Shown piece after piece: positions 8,829 to 17,878 of a DNA stretch of 45,843 nucleotides. A program made the translations under genes and the position numbers. Under the pieces are notes generated by a model. It searched no databases, was not told the origin of the DNA, and was given only the letters and a program-made list of their open reading frames with translations. Position 1 is the stretch's first letter; every line of letters begins with the position of its first letter. The DNA comes from an uncultured Coriobacteriaceae bacterium (GTDB lineage: Bacteria > Actinomycetota > Coriobacteriia > Coriobacteriales > CADBOM01): positions 1-45,843 of the forward strand of contig CAZOMM010000002.1 in the NCBI GenBank assembly GCA_964581165.1, written 5' to 3'.

Positions 8829-10181
8829 ATGCTCAGCAATCGTAGAAGGCGGGTTCTAAACGCATTGATAGAGGAGTACATCTCCACAGCTACCCCCGTC
8901 AGCTCCCGTGCGATCGTGGGCAAGCACAAGATTGGTGTTAGCTCGGCGACGGTGCGAAATGAGTTATATGTTTTAGAGGAGGATGGATATGTTATATCTC
9001 CGCATGTCTCCTCTGGAAGAATCCCTACCGACTCTGGTTATCGAACATTTGTAGATGAACTACTTGCCAAGATGTATCAGGGTCAAAATCAGACTCACAA
9101 CTCGGATCAAGCTCAAGTTCAAACTCAGGATCCTAGCTCTGCAGATGCAGTGAATTCAGCTGCAGCCGTTAGTAGATCCGGCAAATCCAGCAAATCCAGC
9201 AAGTCCAGCAAGTCCAGCTCTGTAAAAAGCGCTAGCTCGGCTAATCGTAGACATCCAGAAGATTTAGCAGATTCAGATCTGGCAGTCTCGGCTTTGGCTA
9301 ATACTTACGCAAGTGACAGCAGTTTAGATTCGCAGTCTATGCAAGGCAGAAGTGCTAGTGATAGCAGCAAAGGCATCTCGGCTCCCATCCCGACTCCAAA
9401 CGAGGATGACGAGATGACTCGCGAACTAAAAGAAAGTGCTAGCGAGCTTGATAATCTGCTTAAACTTACCAGCCGAGCACTCAATCGGTTTACCGATTGT
9501 CTATCGGTGGTTCTGGCTCCAAGTCTTTCTAATGTGGCAATCAAACGCATAGCCTTGGTTCCGATGGACGACAAGTATGTGATTCTTGTGATTGCTGTTT
9601 ATGACGGTAGGGTACTAAATCGCACTGTCGAACTTTCAAAACCACACAGCTCCGAAGAGATTAGTGTCTTGGAGTCGCTTCTTAATCAGCGTTTTGATAT
9701 CAAGGGTGGCTTTGATCCAGCAAAGGCAGAGGTTTCCAGCGTAAATGTGGAGGTAAGTGATCCTTGTGTTGGCAAAGAGTTGGATTTGCTGACTACTCAT
9801 GTGGAGGAGTGTCTTTTAGAAGAAGAGCACGACAGAGTGCATCTAAATGGACTTGATGATCTATTTGCACAGCCCGAGATGCAGTCGATGTCGGCACTCA
9901 CCTTGGGTTTTGCCAGGCTGCTCGAGGATGATCTGCTTATTTTTAGGCTGCTTGGCGATTTGCTGGCAAGTAAAGGGATGGCTGTGCGTATTGGTCACGA
10001 GAACACGGATGAGACCTTTTCGAATATCTCTGTTGTAGCTTCGAGCTATGGTTGCGATGGTAGTGAGGGTATGGTGGCTATTATTGGTCCAACGAGGATG
10101 GATTATCAAAGAGTCATAGATGCCGTAAGGCGAGCCTCGGGTTTTTTGGATGAAGCAATGAAGGATAAAAATCGCGGCTAA
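8829..10181 (+). CDS. hrcA: heat-inducible transcription repressor HrcA with a large low-complexity insertion
   Basis: N-terminal wHTH (RRRRVLNALIEEYISTATPVSSRAIV) and C-terminal HrcA domain (IIGPTRMDY). I prefer the ATG at 8829 (MLSNRRRR, GAAGGGGGA upstream) to the TTG at 8790. Confidence 0.85.
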   Translation: MLSNRRRRVLNALIEEYISTATPVSSRAIVGKHKIGVSSATVRNELYVLEEDGYVISPHVSSGRIPTDSGYRTFVDELLAKMYQGQNQTHNSDQAQVQTQDPSSADAVNSAAAVSRSGKSSKSSKSSKSSSVKSASSANRRHPEDLADSDLAVSALANTYASDSSLDSQSMQGRSASDSSKGISAPIPTPNEDDEMTRELKESASELDNLLKLTSRALNRFTDCLSVVLAPSLSNVAIKRIALVPMDDKYVILVIAVYDGRVLNRTVELSKPHSSEEISVLESLLNQRFDIKGGFDPAKAEVSSVNVEVSDPCVGKELDLLTTHVEECLLEEEHDRVHLNGLDDLFAQPEMQSMSALTLGFARLLEDDLLIFRLLGDLLASKGMAVRIGHENTDETFSNISVVASSYGCDGSEGMVAIIGPTRMDYQRVIDAVRRASGFLDEAMKDKNRG

Positions 10182-10320
10182 ACGGGCCTGATGGGCTAGA
10201 CAGGCTAAACGGGCTGGGTGGGCCAAGTAAGCCGAATAGGCTATGCAGGCTAGGCGGGCTAAACAAGTCTGACAGACTAAACTGCCCAAACTGGTCAAGC
10301 AAGCTGGACAGCCCAAACAA
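10176..10320 (+). repeat. 16 degenerate tandem 9-mers (RGGCTAAAC-like), in frame with and including the hrcA stop
   Basis: Read directly: ggctaaacg ggcctgatg ggctagaca ggctaaacg ggctgggtg ggccaagta ... gcccaaaca. Confidence 0.85.
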
Positions 10321-10400
10321 GGATTTCCTTGTGTTTTTGCTGCGTATAAGACATTTAGGGGCGCGGTAGCGTCGTTGGGATAAAAGCAGGAGTAAAGCAG

Positions 10401-11537
10401 GTGGCAGTAGATTACTACGAAACGATAGGGGTGCCTAAAAGCGCCTCGCAGGACGAAATCAAGAAAGCTTTTTATAAAAAAGCTCGCAAAATCCATCCTG
10501 ATGTTAGTAAGGATCCGGATGCCGAAGCCAAGTTCAAGGAACTTAACGAGGCTTATGCGGTTCTTTCTGATGAGCAAAAGCGGGCTCAATACGATAGATA
10601 CGGCACAGTAGATGGTGTTGGTGGCTTTGGTGGCGGGTATACAGACTTCTCTGACATCTTTAGCGGCTTTGGGGGGATGGCGGATATTTTTGACACCTTT
10701 TTTGGAGGTGGACAGGGCTCGGGTTCTGGCACTAGAGTAAGGACAGCCGGGCGAAATATGGCCATGAGTCTCACTCTTACTTTGGAGGAGATTGCCCAAG
10801 GTGTTAGCAAGGATATCTCTTATGAAAGACTTGCTCCTTGCAAATCCTGTAATGCTACAGGTGCGGCTAAGGGTGGCAACACAATAACTTGTCCCAACTG
10901 CGGTGGTAGAGGTGTGGTAACTAGCAACCAACGCACAATTCTTGGAACTGTTCAGACTCAGACTACCTGTCCTGAGTGTGCTGGTGAGGGTAGCAAGATT
11001 GACAAACCCTGCCCAGACTGCGATGGGGAGGGGCGTACTCCTCAGCGCGAGAAGGTTACCATTCAGGTTCCTAAGGGAATACGCGAGGCTCAGCAAATTA
11101 AGGTTGAGGCCATGGGCGAGGCTGGTCTTCGCGGAGATGTCTGTGGTGATCTGCTGGTAAAGATTCGTGTAAGCGAGCATGAGTTTTTTCAGCGAGAAAA
11201 TGACAACCTGCATACACGCTTAGATATTTCGATGCTTCAGGCTGCTCTTGGAGCAAACTTGATGCTCGAAGGAATACTGCCCGACGAAGAGCTTGTGGTT
11301 AAAATTCCAGAGGGTACTCAAAACGAAGATGTTATTCGAGTTAAGGGCAAGGGAATGCCTAGGTTCAAGAGTGAAAACCGAGGCGATCTATTCGTGCATG
11401 TTTGGATAGAAATCCCACGCAAGCTCAACAAGGAACAACGTCATGCCCTAGAAAAGGCAGCTGCGGCTTTGGGGGATGATGTTGCCGAGGAGCATCGCAA
11501 GAGTGCATTTAGAAAGCTCAGAGAAGCTCTGTTCTAG
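10401..11537 (+). CDS. dnaJ: molecular chaperone DnaJ
   Basis: J domain with HPD (KIHPDV), a G/F-rich linker and four CxxCxGxG zinc motifs. GTG start with GGAG upstream. Confidence 0.95.
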   Translation: MAVDYYETIGVPKSASQDEIKKAFYKKARKIHPDVSKDPDAEAKFKELNEAYAVLSDEQKRAQYDRYGTVDGVGGFGGGYTDFSDIFSGFGGMADIFDTFFGGGQGSGSGTRVRTAGRNMAMSLTLTLEEIAQGVSKDISYERLAPCKSCNATGAAKGGNTITCPNCGGRGVVTSNQRTILGTVQTQTTCPECAGEGSKIDKPCPDCDGEGRTPQREKVTIQVPKGIREAQQIKVEAMGEAGLRGDVCGDLLVKIRVSEHEFFQRENDNLHTRLDISMLQAALGANLMLEGILPDEELVVKIPEGTQNEDVIRVKGKGMPRFKSENRGDLFVHVWIEIPRKLNKEQRHALEKAAAALGDDVAEEHRKSAFRKLREALF

Positions 11538-11549
11538 GAGCAATCGCTG

Positions 11550-12524
11550 ATGTCTCTTCCACTTTTCTTTTGCGAAGATATATCTGAATCTTTAGTTTCT
11601 GAATCCTTGGAAACAGATACCTTGGGTTCAGAAGCCCTAGGTTCAGATGTTTTTGATTCTGGGGCTTTGGATACTTCGGATACCTTAAATTCTGGGGCTT
11701 TGGATACTTTGGAAGCCCTGGATTCTGGAGTTCCAGATACTCTCAAGCGCATCGAAATTTCTCTTTCGTACGATGAGGCCCGCCATATGGGGGTTTTGCG
11801 CATAAAGCCAGGCGAACATATTCGCCTCTCAGATGGTCGAGGCATGGCAGTAGAGGCCGTAGTGATTCGTCCCCCAGTTCGTTCCTCGGCTACTAAGGAT
11901 CCTAGCTGTGAGGTCGAACTTGTTTCTGTTTTGGAATTACCTTATCGACCCAATGTGACTTTGGTTCAAGGGGTTTCTAAGGGCGAGCGCATGGATTTGC
12001 TGGTGCGCCAAGCTGTAGAACTTGGGGTAAGAAGGATCATCCCAGCTATGACTGCGCGCTGCATAGTGTCGCTAGATTCTTCCAAAAGAGAGTCGAGAGT
12101 GCGGCGTTGGAGAGCTGTAGCCTTATCCGCTGCTAAGCAGTCTGGGCAACCGGTGCTTCCAACGATTGATGTGCCAATGGATTTAAGCCAAGCAATAACC
12201 GAGGCTTCGTCTGCTGATGTGCTGATAGTGCCTTGGGAGGAGTGCAATTTTGGTTCAATTGCAGATTGCCTTAGAGACATCGATCGCAACTCAAAGGTCT
12301 TTTTGTTTGTAGGCCCAGAAGGCGGCTTTGAAGCCTCTGAGATAGAACAACTTTGCAAAGCTGGGGCCAAAACAGTAACTTTGGGAGATCTGATCCTTCG
12401 CACCGAGACTGCAGGTGTGATAGCCAGTGCTTTGGCAATCTATGAACTGGGTGGTCTAGGAAACAGTTTAGGCACTAGGCGCTCATCAACTGCTGCTCCA
12501 GCTTGGGGAACTATCGATGTGTAG
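11550..12524 (+). CDS. rsmE: 16S rRNA (uracil1498-N3)-methyltransferase RsmE with an N-terminal repeat insertion
   Basis: C-terminal FVGPEGGFEASE motif and the position after dnaJ (as Bacillus yqeU). Residues of about 12-65 are acidic S/L/D/T repeats. Confidence 0.85.
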   Translation: MSLPLFFCEDISESLVSESLETDTLGSEALGSDVFDSGALDTSDTLNSGALDTLEALDSGVPDTLKRIEISLSYDEARHMGVLRIKPGEHIRLSDGRGMAVEAVVIRPPVRSSATKDPSCEVELVSVLELPYRPNVTLVQGVSKGERMDLLVRQAVELGVRRIIPAMTARCIVSLDSSKRESRVRRWRAVALSAAKQSGQPVLPTIDVPMDLSQAITEASSADVLIVPWEECNFGSIADCLRDIDRNSKVFLFVGPEGGFEASEIEQLCKAGAKTVTLGDLILRTETAGVIASALAIYELGGLGNSLGTRRSSTAAPAWGTIDV

Positions 12525-13884
12525 CTTGAGTTTTGATTCTGCCTTGGCTACTGGCTCTGACTCCGCCCTGACTACAGATCTTCCTGATGATTCTACACAG
12601 CAGTCTCCTAGGCAGGTGCAGACTCCACGTTTTGCTGTGGTGAATCTGGGATGTAAGGTCAACCGAGTCGAGGCAGATACAATAGCGGCTGCCTGTATGC
12701 AGTGCGGGGCAAAACGTTCTAAGCTAAGCGATGCCGATCTTGTTGTTATCAACACCTGCACAGTTACGGCCGAGGCCGATTCCAAAACTCGTAAAGCTAT
12801 TCGCCATGCTCGAAAGAATGCAAGCTGTCCAATTGTAGTTACTGGCTGTGCGGCTGCGATGGATCCAGTTGGACTTGCAGGCCTTGCTGAGGGGGTGGAG
12901 GTTATTCCATCTCATGTTCAGGCTCAGGCTAGAGCAATCTCCATTCTTAGCGAGGGCAAGCAAAACCCAGAGTTGCTTTCCAGTGTTTCTGCAGATGCCG
13001 TGGCTTTGAGAAGCACTGTTGAATTTAAGACACGGGTAGATATAAAGATTCAGGATGGCTGCGACAACGAATGCACATACTGCATTGTATGTAGGGCCAG
13101 AGGCAAGGCTAGGTCTCTAGATCACCAGAAGGCCTTGGCTCAAATTGAAGAAGCGGCCAATTCGGGTGTAGGCGAGATCATCTTGGCTGGCATTAATGTT
13201 GGCTGCTATAACGATGGCGAGATGAGTCTGGCAAAGCTAGTTAGAACTGCGCTAGAAACCACGGATATTGGCAGGATTCGCCTCTCGTCGATTGAACCGC
13301 AGAGCGTAGATACAGATTTGCTGGAGCTTTTGCAAGATCATCCGGCTAGGCTTTGCGCCCACTTTCATATGCCACTGCAATCGGGCTGCGATCGCACTCT
13401 TAGGGCAATGGGTCGTAAGTGTTTGACTCAAGATTTTGCTCAGAGGGTGGCATGGCTTAGAGAAATCAGACCCGATGTGGCAATCAGCACGGATTTGATA
13501 GTGGGCTTTCCGGGCGAGACCGACGAGGATTTTGAAGAGACCTATGCATTTTGTAAAGCCATGAGATTTTCGAGAATGCATGTTTTTCGCTTTTCTAAAC
13601 GCCCTGGAACTCCGGCAGCAGACATGCCAAACCAGATAGATCCCAAAATTAGTGCTCAAAGGTCTGCAAAAATGCGTGATCTTGCCAAGTCTATGGAACA
13701 AGCCGATGCGCTTTCTAGGCTTGGAACTTGGGAGCAGGTACTAATGCTTAGCCCACACGAAGGTATGTCCGAAAGTTACCACGAGGTTTGGGTTGAACAG
13801 GAGTTATCAACAGGAAAATTAATCAGTCTTCAATTAAGTGAGCTTCTTTCTAATGGAAGGCTCTTGGCACAAAGAGCCGGATAG
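12517..13884 (+). CDS. mtaB: tRNA methylthiotransferase MtaB (radical SAM, MiaB family)
   Basis: N-terminal LGCKVN and INTCTVT motifs and radical SAM CDNECTYC. Its position corresponds to Bacillus yqeV. Confidence 0.85.
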   Translation: MCSLSFDSALATGSDSALTTDLPDDSTQQSPRQVQTPRFAVVNLGCKVNRVEADTIAAACMQCGAKRSKLSDADLVVINTCTVTAEADSKTRKAIRHARKNASCPIVVTGCAAAMDPVGLAGLAEGVEVIPSHVQAQARAISILSEGKQNPELLSSVSADAVALRSTVEFKTRVDIKIQDGCDNECTYCIVCRARGKARSLDHQKALAQIEEAANSGVGEIILAGINVGCYNDGEMSLAKLVRTALETTDIGRIRLSSIEPQSVDTDLLELLQDHPARLCAHFHMPLQSGCDRTLRAMGRKCLTQDFAQRVAWLREIRPDVAISTDLIVGFPGETDEDFEETYAFCKAMRFSRMHVFRFSKRPGTPAADMPNQIDPKISAQRSAKMRDLAKSMEQADALSRLGTWEQVLMLSPHEGMSESYHEVWVEQELSTGKLISLQLSELLSNGRLLAQRAG

Positions 13885-13916
13885 GGGCTTAGAATAGCTA
13901 CGAGATTCCTCCAACA

Positions 13917-15011
13917 ATGGGGACATGCCAATGGCACTTGGTAAAACTAGACAAAGTCGAAAGGGGAAGGGTGCAAGCAGCTAGCGTCACAACAACGATA
14001 AAAATTCCGCAGGGCTTTGACATGCGAAAGTTGGTAGGCACTCAAGACAGCTTTTTGAGGGCAATAGAGTCGAGATTTGATGCAAGGATCACTCTTAGGG
14101 GAGACTCAGTTACGATAGTTGGTGATCCTGCAGAAACAAGGGCTGCTTCTGCTTTGCTGACTGATTGCATTAAGGCAATCGAAGAAGGAGACGAGCTGAG
14201 CGAGTCCTTTATAGATCAAAGTGCCGATTTGCTGCGCAGTGGGCAGTTTGGCCCAAGCGAGCTTAGAGACGATATTCTGCTCACCTACAGAGGCAAGGCA
14301 ATCCGTCCTAAAACTGCCGGTCAAAAGAGATATGCCGACTCCATACGCTCCAATACGATTACCTTTGCGATAGGCCCTGCAGGAACGGGCAAGACATACC
14401 TAGCTATGGCCATGGCGATAGCAGCACTTAATCGTCGAGAAATCGGCAGGATCATCCTTGCCCGCCCGGTTGTGGAGGCTGGAGAATCGCTCGGTTACCT
14501 TCCTGGCACACTTTCCGAAAAGGTCGATCCCTATGTGCGCCCACTTTATGATGCCCTTTACGACATGGTGGATAATGCTCGGGCGACTGAGCTTCTTGAG
14601 CAGGGCATCGTTGAGGTGGCTCCACTGGCTTATATGCGTGGGCGTACTTTAAACGAGAGTTTTGTGATTCTGGATGAGGCGCAAAATGCGACCTCACAGC
14701 AAATGAAGATGTTTCTAACTAGGCTTGGCTTTGGTTCCAAGATCATTGTTACTGGTGATGTCACTCAAATAGATTTACCTAGGCGATCCTCTGGACTTTT
14801 GTCTGTGCGTAGCATTCTTAAAGACATAGAGGGAATTGCTTTTTGCGATCTTAGTGACAAAGACGTGGTTAGGCATTCGCTGGTACAAAAGATAGTTGCA
14901 GCCTACGAGCGTGTTGAAGGGGCTGGTTCTACGACCGACCCTGTACACTCTGCGACTGACCCTGTATATCAACAAGCTTTGAATGATGATGCAAGCGAAA
15001 AGAGGCACTAG
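13917..15011 (+). CDS. phoH: PhoH-like ATPase (YbeZ)
   Basis: GPAGTGKTYLA Walker A and ILDEAQN Walker B. It lies immediately upstream of ybeY. Confidence 0.9.
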   Translation: MGTCQWHLVKLDKVERGRVQAASVTTTIKIPQGFDMRKLVGTQDSFLRAIESRFDARITLRGDSVTIVGDPAETRAASALLTDCIKAIEEGDELSESFIDQSADLLRSGQFGPSELRDDILLTYRGKAIRPKTAGQKRYADSIRSNTITFAIGPAGTGKTYLAMAMAIAALNRREIGRIILARPVVEAGESLGYLPGTLSEKVDPYVRPLYDALYDMVDNARATELLEQGIVEVAPLAYMRGRTLNESFVILDEAQNATSQQMKMFLTRLGFGSKIIVTGDVTQIDLPRRSSGLLSVRSILKDIEGIAFCDLSDKDVVRHSLVQKIVAAYERVEGAGSTTDPVHSATDPVYQQALNDDASEKRH

Positions 15012-15012
15012 C

Positions 15013-15555
15013 ATGTCGTTTTGGGATGGAACATCCGATGAATCCTATGTTGTGGATGTGTCGATTGATCCTTGTTATTTGGAGCTTGCAAAAGATTGTC
15101 TATCAACTCAAAATGAGTGGCTTGTCAATGAAGAGCAGCTCGCAAAATATCTGCGCAGTTTAATTTGCTTTTTGCTAGAAAGCCAGCAGGTTCGTCAAGG
15201 GGCCGAGGTTTCAATAAGTCTTGCAACAGATGAGCAGATCCATCAGCTTAATCGTGAATATAGGGGCATTGATTCAACAACAGATGTGCTGTCGTTTCCC
15301 TGTGATTATCCAGACGCTAGGGAGACAGATGAGTTTTCAGATGAAGAGATGCTTCTTGGGGATATCTTGATTTCTCCAAATGTTGCCTATCGTCAGTCGT
15401 GTGAGTACGGCAATACCTTTGTGGAGGAACTTAATCTGCTTACAACTCATGGGCTTTTGCACTTGCTTGGCTACGATCACATTCAAGATGATGAGGCAGA
15501 GATTATGGAGGCCTTGGAGCGTAAACTACTGTCTCAGTGGTCTCAGCGGTCTTAG
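15013..15555 (+). CDS. ybeY: rRNA maturation endoribonuclease YbeY
   Basis: HGLLHLLGYDH metal-binding motif. I prefer the ATG at 15013, with AAGAGG 8 nt upstream, over the ORF-track start at 14983. Confidence 0.9.
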   Translation: MSFWDGTSDESYVVDVSIDPCYLELAKDCLSTQNEWLVNEEQLAKYLRSLICFLLESQQVRQGAEVSISLATDEQIHQLNREYRGIDSTTDVLSFPCDYPDARETDEFSDEEMLLGDILISPNVAYRQSCEYGNTFVEELNLLTTHGLLHLLGYDHIQDDEAEIMEALERKLLSQWSQRS

Positions 15556-15690
15556 TGGTTTTAGTGGTTTTAGCGGATCTCAGTGGTGAGCCTCAGTGGT
15601 TTCAGTAGTGGTTCTTGGTAGCGGCCCTTGGTAGCCTCGGCGGTATCGGTGGCCTCGGCAGTGGTTTTAGTGGTTTTGGTAGTGGTCTAA
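15532..15690 (+). repeat. degenerate tandem 9-13-mers (TCTCAGTGG / TTTTAGTGG family) spanning the ybeY stop and running up to the dgkA ATG
   Basis: tctcagtgg tctcagcgg tcttagtgg ttttagtgg ttttagcgg ... tggttttag tggttttgg tagtggtctaa ATG. Confidence 0.8.
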
Positions 15691-16062
15691 ATGGATCAGG
15701 GTGGTCAGAAGCTAACAGATGCCTTTAGATGTGCTCTTGGTGGCATCGTAGAGGCCTTTCGAACTCAACGAAACATGCGGATACACTCTGTTTTTGCTGT
15801 TCTTGCCCTGCTTTTATGTGCAATCCTTAGGTGCACTGCAGTTGAGTGGGGGCTAGTAATTGCTTTTATCGTTTTGGTGATAGCTGCAGAGATCATTAAC
15901 TCCGCCATCGAAAATATAGTCGATCTGATAAGTCCTAAATATCATGAGCTGGCAGGTCGTGCCAAGGATATGGCGGCAGGTGCTGTGTTATTGATATCTG
16001 TTGGCTCTGTGGTAGCAGGCCTCATCATATATATATGTGCATTTTTGCGTCTGATAGATTGA
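15691..16062 (+). CDS. dgkA: diacylglycerol/undecaprenol kinase family protein
   Basis: 123 aa with three TM segments, the AAEIINSAIENIVD motif, and a ybeY-dgkA-era context. Confidence 0.85.
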   Translation: MDQGGQKLTDAFRCALGGIVEAFRTQRNMRIHSVFAVLALLLCAILRCTAVEWGLVIAFIVLVIAAEIINSAIENIVDLISPKYHELAGRAKDMAAGAVLLISVGSVVAGLIIYICAFLRLID

Positions 16063-16086
16063 TTTTGATTGGAGACTAGATAGAAG

Positions 16087-16986
16087 ATGTCTCAGTTTAA
16101 AAGCGGCTTTGTTACATTGATAGGTCGGCCTAACGCGGGCAAATCCACGCTGCTAAATGCTGTAATGGGCGAAAAAATTGCGATTACATCTAATGTTCCT
16201 CAAACAACTAGGCATAGGTTTAAGGCCGTTTATGACACCGACTACATGCAGATGATCTTGGTGGATACTCCGGGAATTCACAAACCTCATGATCCTTTGG
16301 GAGAAGAGCTTAACCGATCTGCAATTCAAGGCATACACGATGTGGATATTGTTGCCTTTTTGCTCGATGCTTCCAAAGATGTTGGCAAGGGCGATCTTTT
16401 TGTGCTCAAAGAACTTGAGCAGGTAGATGCCGCAAAGCTGCTCGTGGTTAACAAGGCTGATTTGGTTGATCAGCAACAAAGCGAGCTGCAGATTACAAGG
16501 GCAAGTCGCAGCTTTAAATTTGATGATGTGATCGTTTGCTCGGCTCTAACTGGCTTTAACGTTGATGGATTTATTCAGGCTGTTTATTCGCTTTTACCAG
16601 AAGGCCCCAGATGGTTCCCAGAAGGCATGGAAACCGACCAGCCCATAGAAGTAATTATTGCTGAGTTTATTCGCGAGAAGGTCCTCTATATGACTTACGA
16701 CGAGGTACCTCATGCGGTTGGAGTGATAGTAGACGAACTCGAATACGATGAAGATCGCGACATGTATCGCATCTTTGTTTCGATTTTTGTGGAGCGCGAC
16801 TCTCAAAAGGGCATCATAATTGGGCACAGAGGCGAGGGAATCAAAAGGGTTGGAAGTCAGGCTCGCGTAGATCTCGAGCATTTTTTGGGTTCACACTGCC
16901 ATCTAGATCTTAAGGTCAAGGTAAAGAAGCGCTGGAGAAATGATGCGACACAAATCAGGCGCTTTGGATATGGAGAGGGGTTGTAA
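16087..16986 (+). CDS. era: GTPase Era
   Basis: GRPNAGKST, DTPG and NKAD motifs plus a C-terminal KH domain. Confidence 0.95.
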   Translation: MSQFKSGFVTLIGRPNAGKSTLLNAVMGEKIAITSNVPQTTRHRFKAVYDTDYMQMILVDTPGIHKPHDPLGEELNRSAIQGIHDVDIVAFLLDASKDVGKGDLFVLKELEQVDAAKLLVVNKADLVDQQQSELQITRASRSFKFDDVIVCSALTGFNVDGFIQAVYSLLPEGPRWFPEGMETDQPIEVIIAEFIREKVLYMTYDEVPHAVGVIVDELEYDEDRDMYRIFVSIFVERDSQKGIIIGHRGEGIKRVGSQARVDLEHFLGSHCHLDLKVKVKKRWRNDATQIRRFGYGEGL

Positions 16987-16991
16987 AACAG

Positions 16992-17849
16992 ATGGCGGCT
17001 TATAAGACAAGGGCCATCGTACTCAAAAAAACCAAGCTCAAAGAAACTGACCTTATTCTTACGATGCTGGCAGAAAATGGATCACAAATTCGATGTGTTG
17101 CAAAGGGAGCCCGAAAGCCTGGTAACAGCTTTTCTGCCCGTCTTGAGCTTTTTAGCGAGGTTGATATTTTGCTCTACGAGGGTAAAAATCTCGACACCGT
17201 AACCGAAGCTCGCATTGTTGAATCCAACGAGGCATGCCGCAGCGATATTGAACATCTCTCGTATGGTGCTGTTGTTGCTGAGTTTGTAGAAAAGACAGCT
17301 TTGGAGGGACAGGAAAATCCGATCATGTTCCCCCTCACTCAAACCGTGCTTAGCTCTATCGGCCAGTCTCGGCCAGACATGCTCTCCTATATGGCGGCAG
17401 CCTATCTGCTTAAGGCTATTGCATATCTTGGGTATCGTCCTTCTTTTGATGAGTGCACAATTTGCGGTGAGTCGGTCTCCGCATTTTCAAATGCTCAAGG
17501 AACATCTAGTCAGGGAACATTTAACCAAGGGGCACTTAGCCAAGGGGCATCTAATCAGGGAGTATCTAAACAGGGAACATTTTTGATTACATCTGGAGGA
17601 TGGGTTTGTCCTGACTGCACAGCTGCAGGAGAGCTAGAATCTGCAGATCTTGTGGATCCTGAAATTGTCGGCTGGGTAAAGGCTCTTTTGAGGCTTAAGT
17701 TCACTGAGATTTTGGATTTACTAAACTCCAGCGACAAGGGCTATGCAGCTCTAGCCGGAGAGTTGTTGACTTTTTGTGAACATTGGCTTGCAGAGCATCT
17801 AGGTCTGCACCTTAAATCTCTGGGATATCTCTCGCGCATCAGTGCTTAA
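16992..17849 (+). CDS. recO: DNA repair protein RecO with an internal 15-nt coding repeat
   Basis: N-terminal OB fold (KTRAIVLKKTKLKETDLIL), zinc-finger cysteines CTICG...CPDC, and era-recO synteny. A QG-rich insertion lies at 17496-17582. Confidence 0.85.
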   Translation: MAAYKTRAIVLKKTKLKETDLILTMLAENGSQIRCVAKGARKPGNSFSARLELFSEVDILLYEGKNLDTVTEARIVESNEACRSDIEHLSYGAVVAEFVEKTALEGQENPIMFPLTQTVLSSIGQSRPDMLSYMAAAYLLKAIAYLGYRPSFDECTICGESVSAFSNAQGTSSQGTFNQGALSQGASNQGVSKQGTFLITSGGWVCPDCTAAGELESADLVDPEIVGWVKALLRLKFTEILDLLNSSDKGYAALAGELLTFCEHWLAEHLGLHLKSLGYLSRISA

Positions 17850-17878
17850 AGCCAGTGCCTAAAGCCAGTGCTTAAAGC
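17840..17878 (+). repeat. three tandem 13-mers (CAGTGCYTAAAGC) containing the recO stop
   Basis: cagtgcttaaagc cagtgcctaaagc cagtgcttaaagc, read directly. Confidence 0.85.

Noticed and set aside
9861-11213. 450-aa ORF antisense to the hrcA 3' end, the 9-mer array and most of dnaJ
   Set aside because: It lies entirely opposite two confidently identified genes, is low-complexity (Leu/Ser/Ala/Cys-rich) and has no recognisable motif. Long antisense ORFs are expected opposite genes with biased codon usage.
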